A stretch of DNA of 64,000 nt from Felis catus. Taxonomy: Eukaryota. The DNA lies in assembly GCF_018350175.1 (NCBI RefSeq), contig NC_058368.1, forward strand, positions 558,001 to 622,000, written 5' to 3'. Every line of letters begins with the position of its first letter. Positions within the stretch are counted from its first letter, which is position 1. This document shows positions 12,240 through 24,964 of the stretch, one piece after another. Both the position numbers and the translations under genes were made by a program. The notes beneath the pieces are model-generated. The model made no database searches, had not been told where the DNA came from, and saw only the letters and a list, made by a program, of their open reading frames with translations.

Positions 12240-14157
12240 TTTTTTAAATATAATTTACTGTCAAGTTGGCTAACATACAGTGTATGCAGTGTGCTCTTGG
12301 TTTTGGGGATAGATTCCCATGATTCATCGCTTACATACTAAGCCCAGTGCTCATCCCAACAGGTGCCCTCCTCAATGCCCATCACCCATTTCCCCTCTCC
12401 CCTGCCGCCCTCATCAACCCTCAGTTTGTTCTTTGTATTTAAGAGTCTCCTATAGTTTGCCTCCCTCGCTCTCTGTTTGTAACTATTTTTTTTCTTCTTC
12501 CCCTCCCCCACAGTCTTCTGTTAAGTTTTTCAAGATCCACATATGAGTGAAAACATGATATCTTTCTCTGACTGATGTATTTCACTTAGCATAATACCCT
12601 CCAGTCCCATCCACGTTGCTGCAAATGGCATGATTTCATTCTTTCTCATTGCCAAGTAGTATTCCATTGTATCTATAAACCACATCTTCTTTATCCATTC
12701 ATCCATCATTGGACATTTAGGCTCTTTCCATAATTTGGCTATTGTTGAAAGTGCTACTATAAACATTGGGGTACATGTGCCCCTGTGAATCAGCACTCCT
12801 GTATCCTTTGGATAAATTCCTAGTAGTGCTATTGCTCTGTTGTAGGGTAATTCTATTTTTAATTTTTTGAGGACCCTCCACATTGTTTTCCAGAGCAGCT
12901 GCACCAGTTTGCATTCCCACCAGCAGTGCAAGAGGGTTCCCGTTTCTCCACATCCTTGCCAGCATCTGTTGTTTCCTGAGTGTTTAATTTTAGCCACTCT
13001 GACTGGTGTGAGATGGTATCTCAGTGTGATTTTTATTTGTATTTCGCTGATGATGAGTGACGTTGAGCATTTTTTCATGTCTGTTGGCCATCTGGATGTC
13101 TTCTTTGGAAAAGTGTCTATTCATGTCTTCTGACCACTTCCTCACTGGATTATTGATTTTTTGGGTGTTGAGTTTGGTAAGTTCTTTATAGATTTTGGAT
13201 ACTAACCCTTTATCCAGTATGTCTTTTGCAAATATCTTTTCCCATTCCATCGGTTGCCTTTGTTTTGTTGATTTTTCTTTTTTTCAGTGCAGAAGACTTT
13301 TATCTCAATGAGGTCCCAATAGTTCATTTTTTCTTTTAATTCCCTTGCCTTTAGAGATGTGTCAGGCAAGAAATTGCCACGGCTGAGGTCAAAGAGGTTG
13401 TTGCCTGCTTTCTCCTCTAGGGTTTTGATGGTTTCCTGTCTCACATTTAGGTCTTTCATACATTTTGAATTTATTTTTGTGTGTGGTGTAAGAAAGTGGC
13501 CCAGGTTCATTTTTCTGCATGTTGTGGTCCAGTTCTCCCAGCACCATTTGCTAAGGAGACTTTTTTCCATTGGATACTCTTTCCTGCTTTGTCAAAGATT
13601 AGTTGGGCATACATTTGTGGGTCCAATTCTGGGTTCTCTCTTCTGTTCCATTGGTCTATGTGTCTGTTTTTGTGCCAATACCATTCTGTCTTGATTACAG
13701 ATTTGTAGTAGAGGCTAAAGTCTGGGATTGTGATGCCTCCCACTTTTGTTTCCTTTTCCAACATAACTTTGGCTATTCAGGGTTTTTGTGGTTCCATAAA
13801 AAGTTTAGGATTGTTTGTTCTAGCTTTGAGAAGAATGCCTGTGCAATTTTGATTGGGATTGCACTGAATGTGTAGATTGCTTTGGGTAGTATTGACATTT
13901 TAACAATATTTGTTCTTCCAATCCATGAGCATGGAATATTTTTCTATTTCTTTGTGTCTTCTTCAATTTCCTTCATAAGTTTTCTGTAGTTTTCAGCATA
14001 CAGATCTTTTACATCTTTGGTTAGGTTTATTCCTAGGTATTTTATGGTTCTTGGTGCAATTGTAAATGGGAACGATTTCTTGATTTCTCTTTCTGTTGCT
14101 TCATTATTGGTGTATAGAAATGCAACCAATTTCTGTACACTGATTTTGTATCCTGCA
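12240..14157 (-). mobile_element. Feline-type L1, 5'-truncated (~1.9 kb)
   Basis: several ORF2 C-terminal peptides; 3'UTR of the same type as 49444-53522. Confidence 0.93.
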
Positions 14158-14805
14158 CATTCATAGATATTTTGGTTGATTCCACATTTTAGCTATTGTG
14201 AATAATACTGATATGAATGTGAATGTATAAATATCTCTTCAAGACCCTGCCTTCAATTCTTTGGGGGTATATACTGAGAAGTGGAATTGCTGGATCACAT
14301 ACTCGTTCTATTTTTAATATTTGGAGGAGCTAGCAAACTGTTTTCCATTTTATACCAGGTGTCCCAGGAGTTCCAGTTTCTCTCTACATCCTCACCAACA
14401 CTCATTATTTTCTGGGGTTTTGATATTAGCCACCCTAATGGGTGTGAGGTTACATCTCATTGTGGCTTTGATTTGCATTTCCCTGATGATTAGTGATGTT
14501 GAGTTCTTTTCATGTGCTTGTTGGCCATTTATGTATCTTCTTTGGAGAAATGTCTACTTTTTAATGTATATTTGCTATCATTCTGTAGGTTGTTTTTTCA
14601 CTTCGTTGATTATGTCCTTTGCACAGTTTTTAATTTTGTTGTAGTCCAGTTTATTTTTTCTTCTCTTGTTTGTGCTTTTGGTGTCACAGCTAAGAATTCA
14701 TTGCCAAATCCAATGTCCAAACCTTTATACCTATGTTTTAGTTTTGGCTGTTAGAGAATTTTAATCAGGACATTCTGAACATTTTAAGAATTTCTTTCGT
14801 GACAG

Positions 14806-14995
14806 ACTGCGTCAGATTCCTCTTCATCTTATGCAGTATCCAGCCCGAGCCATAAAGGTTCTCTTGGCAGGGTTTAAACCTCCCTTAAGAGATCCGGGGA
14901 AGACCAGAATACCATATTGTCCCAAATGGAGCATGGAAGCACTGTGGGCTATGATAGACTGTCTTCAAGGGAAACAACTTTATGCTTCTTCCATG
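14806..14995 (+). CDS. RNF17: RNF17 coding exon ([26 protein letters not shown]...QLYASSM)
   Basis: gacAG acceptor, GTAACT donor; 190 nt, phase 2-0. Confidence 0.94.
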
Positions 14996-15067
14996 GTAAC
15001 TATCTATCTTAATTAAATCTACTTGAAGCTATTTCTAGGGTCCCTATTAATTTTCTAAAGTACTTTC

Positions 15068-15268
15068 TTTTTTTTTGTTTGTTTATTTTTGAGACAGAGA
15101 GTTTGAGTGGGGGAGGGGCAGAGAGAGAGAGAGACAGAATCAGAAGCAGGTCCAGGCTCTGAGCTGTCAGCACAGAGCCCGACATGGGGCTGGAACTCAA
15201 GAACCGAGAGATTATAACCTGAGCTGAAGTCAGAGGCTTAACCGACTGAGCCACCCAGATGCTGCCCC
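15068..15268 (-). mobile_element. Can-SINE
   Basis: reverse SINE, TSD ctaaagt(a/g)ctttc. Confidence 0.92.
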
Positions 15269-15599
15269 TAAAGTGCTTTCAATCTATGCAACTCTAGATG
15301 CAAAAAGATTGCTTTTAAGCATATAAAGCTATAAATATACAAGATTAATTTTAAGGTTTGTTAAAATTATGTTTTAGTTTATATTTAGCAAACTTTTATT
15401 ATAAAATATCATTGATGTGATCAATCAATAAGATGACAATGATCAAGATAAGTGTCCTGTAGTCAAAGAATTCATAAGTCAATGAAGGAAATCAAACATT
15501 TGTAAACCATTAATGAGGTAGAATGAAATACAGTCTATCATATCATAAAAGAAGTATAGGTAACTTGGGGAGGTGGTGTATAAGGATTGATTATTTCCA

Positions 15600-15788
15600 G
15601 GGCACCTGGGTGGCACAAACATCTGACTCTTGATTTCTGCCCATGTCATGATCTCATGGTTAGTGAGTTCAAGCTCCACATGGGGCTCCACACTGTCAGC
15701 ATGGAGCCTACTTGGGATTCTCTCTCTCTTCTCTTTCTGCTCCTCCCCTGCTCATGGGCCCTCTCAAAATAAATAAACTTTAAAAAAA
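15600..15788 (+). mobile_element. Can-SINE (older)
   Basis: SINE body, flanking gattatttcca. Confidence 0.9.
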
Positions 15789-16036
15789 GGATTATTTCCA
15801 TCTAAAGAGATTAGGATATATATAGTATTTGAACTCCTCCTTAGGCATTCAAATAAGTAACAATAATAAAAATAATAAAAAAGTAAAAACAATAATAAGG
15901 TAGGTCTGGGAAGTGAATTGAACTGTATCTGAAAAGTAGGAAAGACCAGAATAGGAATTCTGGTAGAAGTCTTGAAAAGGATGGACGTGTACTAGTTTTG
16001 AATTTAATGCCGTAGAACTGATCAAAAAGTCCAAAT

Positions 16037-17765
16037 AAACACATACAGCACTCACGTTCCACACAAAGCACACAGAGAGAAACATACAACACACACTGTA
16101 CTTATAACATGCAAAATAAATGGCAAAGACACACATGCACCACATATCACACAAAATATACACCAAACATATACCACACAAAAAACCATGTCATAGAACA
16201 CACACTTACCAAAAACCTTTTACACAAACTACACATAAACCACAAACTTCCCACACACATCATAAAAAACCACACTCAGAGCACACATATACCACGTACA
16301 TAAAACACATTACATACCCACTTGAAATACAACAAACAAGAATTACACAAAACACACAAGACACACAAATACTGCATATAGCATGCATACCACACACATG
16401 CCACACAACCACAAGAATACCATTCACACACACCATGTATTCACTGAGACACCAAACATAACACATGAACAACTCAAAAAACACACAACACTTAACACAC
16501 ACACATACACCACCAATAACCTACACCACATATACAGCACTCACACCCCACACATAATACAGAGAAACATACAACACACACTACACATACAGAACACACA
16601 CAAAAACCAAATCACCCAAACACCATATACTCATTCAATACATACCAACCACACAAATACATCATTCAACATTCAAACATCACACACCACACCTACATAC
16701 CTACAACACATTTATACTATAAACTGCACACAACCCATTCATCACATATATACCATTCACACTGCACATACACCACACATAAATACCATACACCATATAC
16801 TTACCCAACATATAACACAAACACCACACCAAAAACACAAGATACCACACACATATGCCACACATACCTGTCACACAGTACACATGTACCATGTGCACAC
16901 ACATATCACACATCAAATATACAACACACACCAAACATATAGCACACTGATACACCACAAAAACACCACACACAAATATACAATATGCACTACAGAAATA
17001 TCAGTCACACACCACATGGACACCACATATAACGAACCCAACACTGGAACACCCACACCGCTCACAACAGACACTAGCATAAACCACACACTAAGGCGGG
17101 TAGCACACACACCACACACAAAACACATAGGGAATATAAACACATACTGCGTACCTGACACTAATACACTATTTACACACCACACATACCAAATATCTGC
17201 CACGCAAACATATCACACAACAAACACCATGCACACCACTCATACACCACACATACAACTCTTATACTACACACACAAGTATATGCCACATACACATACA
17301 TGTTTGATACACCATGCACATCTCACACATAATGCACACACATTACACACAACGCATACTACACACACACCATGCCCCAGTCAAAACCACTCACACTGCT
17401 CATATTACCAGACACACACAACACACATACCACACACAGTCCATACACACAGCACACAAGCATCACATACACCAAACATACAGCACACACAAACTACACA
17501 TAACCCACATATAACACACAAAAACCACACCAAAATATAGCACACTACAGAAATATTATTCATACACCACATATACACCACACACACCAACATAACACAT
17601 AAACCACACACACACTAAAACACCACTCAGCACCACACATAACACACACAAAACGCACAACACATACAGAATACACATAACATACTGCACACACATTACC
17701 CACATATCACATACACACTACACGTACAACACACACACCACACCTATATCATGCATATAACACAT
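16037..17765. repeat. CA-rich low-complexity tract (~1.7 kb)
   Basis: degenerate CA/CAC/CATA repeats, very G-poor on +. Confidence 0.95.
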
Positions 17766-17833
17766 TTATGGAAAAAAACAAAGGTTCAAATAAGAAAGTC
17801 CAGATCATATTTAATATAAATATTCTTTCTTTA

Positions 17834-18048
17834 AAAAAATTTTTTTAACGTTTTATTTATTTTTGAGACAGGGAGAGACAGAGCATGAACAGGGGAGGGT
17901 CAGAGAGAGGGAGACACAGAATCCAAAACAGGCTCCAGGCTCTGAGCTGTCAGCACAGAGCCCGATGCGGGGCTCGAACTCACGGACTGCAAGATCATGA
18001 CCTGAGCTGAAGTCGGCCACTTAACCGACTGAGCCACCCAGGCACCCC
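17834..18048 (-). mobile_element. Young feline Can-SINE
   Basis: 17 bp TSD taaatattctttcttta. Confidence 0.95.
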
Positions 18049-18860
18049 TAAATATTCTTTCTTTAGAGGATTAGCATGTCACAAAGGGGTGTCCCATAGG
18101 CAGAATCTAGCCTGAACCTGTTTTATTTAGTGCAGTGTTTAAAATTGGAAAAACTCACCCACCAAAATTCTGTATTTCTAACTTCTGGTTAAATATTAAA
18201 AATTCCAGGAATCCTAGGTCTCCTGTCCAAACTGGCACTCAGCCAGAGTGGTATAGCAACAACCCCTTTGAATGGAAATACACTCTTTAATTCAGCCTGG
18301 TCCTCAACACTATTGTTTCGGCCCAACCTACCCAGGATTTGGGGATTCCTGACGTACTGGCTCTGACAAGAATGAGCTCTTAATGAAACAACTAGAAAGT
18401 ACATTTTGAAAACTTCTAGAGGTACACATCATGCGTCTATGTGTGCAGAGTAAATAGCTTATGTATAGTTTCTCTTAGGAAGCCAGTGGAAACACAGAGT
18501 TGTAAGTATTTTTACAGATAAATGTATTTATTTACCACCATGAATAACATTCAAAATTTGGTCAGTTTATGCATAAAGGTACATGGGCAGAATATAAATG
18601 AATTTTAACAGGGATGGTAGTGTTAAAGCCCATTGGCTCAATCTAGGTAAACTTTTGGGAAGACTTAAATTTTAAATAAAGTGTAAGAATGGAAAGAATG
18701 GGATTTAATAGGAAACCATCACAAAGACCTCTTTAAAGTATAAATTATTAATAAATTTGGAGAATGCCTTTTCCTTCCAGTGTGATACAGGCAAAATGTA
18801 GGAGAGAAAAGCCAGCAAAGACTTTACTGTATTTTCTTGACAACTGTCTTTTAATTTTAG

Positions 18861-18959
18861 GCTCAGGCACCAGAACAAATAGTGACGTTATATGAAGATG
18901 AACAGTATCCAGTTCATATGTCATTAGTAGAAATGGGGCTGGCAGACCGAGACGAATGA
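18861..18959 (+). CDS. RNF17: RNF17 last coding exon ([32 protein letters not shown])
   Basis: ttttAG acceptor; TGA at 18957-18959; GTAAGT donor at 18961; matches recalled RNF17 C-terminus. Confidence 0.94.
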   Translation, partial: AQAPEQIVTLYEDEQYPVHMSLVEMGLADRDE

Positions 18960-19427
18960 TGTAAGTGTCATGACTTCTTGTTCACCCTTATGATCAGCAT
19001 AAAGCATGCAACTAATATAGTGGAGATTAATACTAAATTGCCCATAAAAGCATCTTTGGATTTTCCTTGATTTCTCAAAGAATGATAACAAAGCTCAACA
19101 AGACTCTTCTAGACTTTTTGTAGGCCCTTTTCACCTATTGAATACCAGAACCAGAGAGGATCTGCATCTGTAAGAATGCTTGGAATGGCTATCATGACTA
19201 TTCATAGTACCAGATAGTTGTTGGGGATGGGCACTAGAAGTAATTTAAGCACACAAGGATATGGTATGCACAGAACACTGTTGAACAATCCATGTCCTAA
19301 TAAAGCTATTGAACTGCTTGGGTAACCAGCTGTTTATTCATCCACATAAATGTAACAGGTGATTCAGTAACTAGTTTGAACATTAAATTAAGCAAAGGTT
19401 TTAAATAACATGCATTTTGTTTTTCAG

Positions 19428-19605
19428 GTAAACACTTCAGAGCATCTACAGCAGCCCAGAAGAAGGTTTTCTGTTACATGTAGGCCAGTTCAGGCTTACT
19501 TTTCTTGACTTGTTCTGCAGTTGTGCTGGCGTTTTTTTTCTTACATGTTAAACTACTAGGAATTGTTTGAAAAAAAATAGTTAATAAATATTTGCTTTCA
19601 AGTAT
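19428..19605 (+). other. RNF17: RNF17 terminal non-coding (3'UTR) exon
   Basis: ttttgtttttcAG acceptor at 19426-19427 after the donor at 18961; AATAAA at 19583-19588 followed by T-rich sequence; end approximate. Confidence 0.72.
19583..19588 (+). terminator. Putative RNF17 polyadenylation signal
   Basis: AATAAA with downstream T-rich tract at the end of the terminal exon. Confidence 0.7.
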
Positions 19606-19624
19606 TTTCTGGTTTTATTTTACA

Positions 19625-20490
19625 ATAATTTCAAAAGCAAGTATTTTAGGCATATGAAAAAATGTAGTTCATTTTATAACGAATATATATTCAGTTTAAG
19701 TAAGACCTTCTTAGTACAGTTGGAGGCTCCTATAGTGACCTTCCCCAATCATTCTCTTCCCTGAAGAGGTGAACACTGTTGTGATTCTGGTGTTTATTAT
19801 TCTTACGTTCTTATTTTGCTGCATATGAATGCATCCATAAGCAAGATATAGTACTGCTGTGTATATTTTTTTAATGCGTGCACTATCGCACCTTTAATTT
19901 TCTCACTATTGGCACTGTTTATCCATGTTGGTATGCAGAGCTCTACTTTATTCACTTTCACTCTTCTATCTGTGCACATAATTCTGTTGCTAGATATTTA
20001 GACTATTGCAAGTTTTTTCTCAATTACAAATATGTGTACATGTTATGGGTTTTCTAGTATATGTACTTAGTAGTGGAATTTACTAGGTCACGAGGTGATT
20101 GTTCTCCAAAAGGTGGTTTACTCCATTTACTACCATCAGTAGTCTGAGTCCCTTGGCAACATGTGGTGTGGCCAGTATATGATACTAGTATAAAAAGGGA
20201 TCTTATTATTTCAATATGCATTCACTGGTTTAGTAGTCACTTGTTTGCTTTTTCATATCCTTTGTCCATTTTTGTGTTGAGTTGTTTGTAATTATGTTAA
20301 GTATATATATATATATCTTCTAGTCTGTGGCTTATCTTTTCTTTTTTGTGGTATCTTTAGACACACCATTCATCAAGCTGTTAAGGTTTGCGCTATGCCT
20401 CATTTAAAAATCCTTCTCTATCCTGAGATGATGTATATAACTCTTTATTTGAGAAGTTTGCAACTTTTCTTAAATCATCTGGAATTGATA
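19625..20490 (-). mobile_element. Very old L1M-like remnant between the two gene ends
   Basis: degenerate L1 3' motifs (agtggaatttactaggtca, ttctccaaa). Confidence 0.5.
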
Positions 20491-21157
20491 TATTTAGTTT
20501 TAAAGTTATTGTAGTGACTACAGCAACCTGTAATTATGTAAGTGCCTTGCAGGTGCCTTGTCCTTCCTTCAAGGACATCTTGCTTCTGTCAGCCTACAGT
20601 TTTATAGGTTATAACATCAGGGTACCTGTGGTTGTTCAGTTAACACCAGCTAGTTATTTTTCACACGCCCTCCATCCTCAAGTGTCCTATTCTGACCACT
20701 TACATATCCTCACTGTAACTTTTCTCCTGTGATGCTCTGTACTCACAGAATGAACTCTTCTACCTGTGTTGTTTGACCTATTTATATTTATTCATGGTTT
20801 TAACTTCCCATTCCATTATATTAAAGAACCTCTACAGTAGATAAATGCTTTAATTTTAGTACTAATTGAACACAGTATATTCTGACTGGAGACATTCTCT
20901 TATTCCTTGACTAAACTTTCTGTGCAAGTCTTGTTCTGTGGCTGATGTGCTCATGAAAAATCTGTGCTATTGTATTTCTTGTACTTCTTGGTTTTTATAA
21001 CCATCTTCAACAAGTAAGAGTCTCATTATTTTTACAGTCTACACAGTTCATAAAGTAATATTTCTTTCCTTAGACATGCATTCAACTGTAGAAGACAGGT
21101 GAATTAAAAATGAAAGCTGTTCTTGTACATTTCAAAGAATATAAAAAACTATGATGT

Positions 21158-21163
21158 TTTATT
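21158..21163 (-). terminator. Putative proximal CENPJ polyadenylation signal
   Basis: TTTATT on + (AATAAA on -) about 125 nt past the stop, with a U-rich tract downstream on -. Confidence 0.55.
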
Positions 21164-21288
21164 TTATAATCCAAACATAATCTCTTCCACTTATATATAA
21201 ATGAAACCACAGAATCCACAAGAAGTGTACATTTTTTGAGAAGAAAATCAAGTTAGTGTGATTTCATGATGAGTCACATATAGGATCA

Positions 21289-21481
21289 TTACAATTTTGT
21301 ATCCATTAGGATATTACCATCCTTGTCTTTAACTCTTATTCGACCAGATGTGTACTTTGTTTCTTGATGACCATTTGTATATACGGTTTTAACAGTGCCA
21401 TCTGGATATTCCCGTCTCTTGAACTGGGCAGTGTGTAGTTCTCTTTGGCCATTATTAAACTCTATGATTTTGTTGCCATCT
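21289..21481 (-). CDS. CENPJ: CENPJ exon 17, end of TCP/G-box domain ([28 protein letters not shown]...[10 protein letters not shown])
   Basis: tttacAG acceptor; 193 coding nt; TAA followed by TGA; PDG/NG glycine-turn repeats of the Tcp10-type domain. Confidence 0.96.
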
Positions 21482-21697
21482 CTGTAAATTTAAAATAGAA
21501 TTTATTTAAAAATATTAAATATGTAACAGGAAAATGATCTAAAAGTGGCTTTTGATTCTGACAGTTCTCTCTTTTCTTAAAGCCTCCTGTGGTCCTTTCC
21601 TTATACAATGCCTTCTTTGCAAATTCTTTCCACCCTGTTTCTGCTTCACGCTATTAGTTCCAATGATCAAATTAGCACTTAAATGTGCCCATGAAAA

Positions 21698-21915
21698 GGG
21701 GGACGCCTGGGTGGCTCAGTCAGTTAAGCGTCAGACTTCAGCTCAGGTCATCCCATGGCTCCTGAGTTTGAGCCCTGTGTCAGGCTCTATGCAGTGACAG
21801 CTCAGAGCCTGGAGCCTGCTTCGGATTCTGTCTCTTCTCTCTGCCCCTCTCCTGCTCCCGCTCTGTCCCTGTCTCTCTCTCAAAAATAAACATTAAAAAA
21901 ATAATAAAAAAGGAA
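21698..21915 (+). mobile_element. Can-SINE
   Basis: TSD gtgcccatgaaaag. Confidence 0.92.
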
Positions 21916-22383
21916 AGGTGCCCATGAAAAGTTTTTAATAAATTTATGTTGTGAAACTACAAAATCCTTAGGTTTGTTTTTTAACTTTAGATGTATTATG
22001 CATCTAAGAAAAACTGGGCATTGTATTAAAATACCGCTTTCAGTTTTTACCTTTATTCTTTTCACTAAGTAATGCTTGCTCTTTATCAGGTTGGAAAAGA
22101 AACTTTATATTCCTAGGAAGTGGCATGACTAGACTTAAGACCTGTTCAGAAGCCGTGAAACAAAAGAAGCAGTTAATCCCAAGTGGACTGCTTGATGTGC
22201 ATGCAGGACATTCAAACTGAACCCCCTAAAAATAGGTATGATGTGCTGTTAGAAACAAAGCAAGGTTTATAGATGGTGAATTACCACTTCTCCACACTGT
22301 TTTTTTGGTTATTTCTCAGATTTTATGTAAATGTAGTGGCTTTGCGCCACATTTAAGTGTTAGACTTAAAAGCCATTTTGAGA

Positions 22384-22542
22384 GCCACTGCTTTATCATG
22401 TGCAGCCCTGGGACCAGGGATAACAGCATCACCTGAGACCTCATTAAAAATGCAAATTATTGGCATGGGGCCTAGCATTCTGCAATTGAACAATCCCTTC
22501 AGGTGGTTTTAATGCACAGTGAAGTTGAAGAACCACTGCTAT
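22384..22542 (+). mobile_element. MER5A-like hAT MITE
   Basis: cagcatcacctgaga...aaatgcaaatt...caggtggttttaatgcac...gaaccactg. Confidence 0.7.
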
Positions 22543-22643
22543 AAATCAAAAATGCCAAAATAATCCTGAATGAACTAATATCTGACATTTGCCTGAGTTT
22601 AGATGAAAAAAGACTGGCCATGAGTTAACAACTGTTGGAAAAT

Positions 22644-22857
22644 GGGGGTGCCTGGGTGGCTCAGTCAGTTGAGCGTCCGACTTCAGCTCAGGTCAGGACC
22701 TCACAGTTGATGAGTTCGAGCCCCGCATCGGGCTCTGTGCTGATGGCTCGGGGCCTGGAGCCTGCCTCTGATTCTGTCTCCCTTTCTCTCTGCCCCTCCC
22801 CCACTCGTGCTCTGTCTCTCTCTGTCTCAAAAATAAACATAAAAAAATTTAAAAAAA
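22644..22857 (+). mobile_element. Can-SINE
   Basis: TSD tgttggaaaatg. Confidence 0.92.
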
Positions 22858-23788
22858 TTGTTGGAAAATGAACAGATGAGTACATGGAGGTTTTCATATT
22901 TTCTTTTTATTACAGAAAATTTCAAACATAAGACTTAAAAAGATGGAAGTCTCTGAAATTGTTCAGAGTATAATGTACAGATAAAATTTTTTGCAAATTT
23001 TAGAAGACATTGGTATTTATTTGGTTGAGCAGCAGAGAAAGCTTCGAACCATATTCAGGAAAAACACTGCATAAGAAGTTGCTACATTATTTGAATTAGC
23101 GTTTACTTTTTTTTTTTTTTGCTGTGTCACAGAATTCAAGTTAGTTAAATGCATGCACACTCTAGGAGAGGAGGGTGCAAACTAAAGTAGGACAGTGAAC
23201 TTGACAAACCTTCAGCACAGTGAGTACAAGAAACTCTGTATTGTGGATTGAAGATGTCACTAGGAAGAATTCTCTAACTTCAAGAAATGTAACACTCAGA
23301 AGGATAAAGAGGTTGTTATTTTAAAAAATTGAGTCAGGGAGGCCAGGGAAGTAAAATGCTAATCAGGCTGGGACAGGGAGATCCAGCAAATCAAAATATA
23401 AGCCAGAGAAGAAATAAACAGTCTAATTCAAATACTGCTGCCATTGTTTGGTTATTCTTAAATACTGGGCAGCTTTCCTTCTTTGTGTCTTATTCACTGT
23501 TTTCCAGTTTCACCAAATTTAATTCTGTACAAATACTTGCCATTCCCCTTTTGTCATGTGCTATACAGACCTCCTTTAAGTTTCTGTAGAGTATATATTA
23601 GAACCTATACGTCTCTAACGAGATCTAAACTCCAAAATGCTGAAAACTCTTCACCTGCTCTCAAAGTGTGTATCTATGCTCAGTGCTAAACTCACAAACA
23701 TTCTGAATGACTTATACAAATGTTTTAAGACTTTCAAAATTCACTTGGAAATAGAAGTTGAAAATTGACAAATCTAGAAGCAAATTTA

Positions 23789-23926
<138 letters not shown>

Positions 23927-23949
23927 TTAAAAAAAATTACTATAAATAT

Positions 23950-24551
<602 letters not shown>

Positions 24552-24601
24552 TCTCTGGAAATGTTTAAGCCATGGAGAAAAACACTGCTATGTAAACCTA
24601 C

Positions 24602-24742
24602 CACTCTCTCATCTGGCATGACTTGCTTCACATCACCATTAAAGAAAGTGACGGTGACAGTCTTCCCATCTGCACTCACTTCTTTTCGAGTTCCATTTGG
24701 AAACAATATAACATGGCACCCATTCTTATAAACCTTTTCTAT
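24602..24742 (-). CDS. CENPJ: CENPJ exon 14 ([27 protein letters not shown]...VMPDERV)
   Basis: 141 nt, phase 0-0, AG/GTAGGT. Confidence 0.96.
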
Positions 24743-24964
24743 CTACAAAAAAAGAGAAACAAGATTATCAATATGAGAGATTTCCTCCTGAGACCAGATG
24801 ATAAAAATGTCCCTAACTCTTTTCCAAATTGACTACTTTGATATCTCTCGTAATACAAGCAACATTGTCACAAAAGAAGAAAAGTTAATAAACTCCCAAG
24901 TATCAACACACCACCATTCTTATTATGTCACCTATTCTACCAAAACCAACTCATTTTTTGCTGA

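Noticed and set aside
16383..17540. 385 aa His/Thr-rich ORF and the antisense Cys/Val-rich ORFs
   Set aside because: By-product of CA-rich low complexity, which rarely forms stop codons; no splice or domain evidence.
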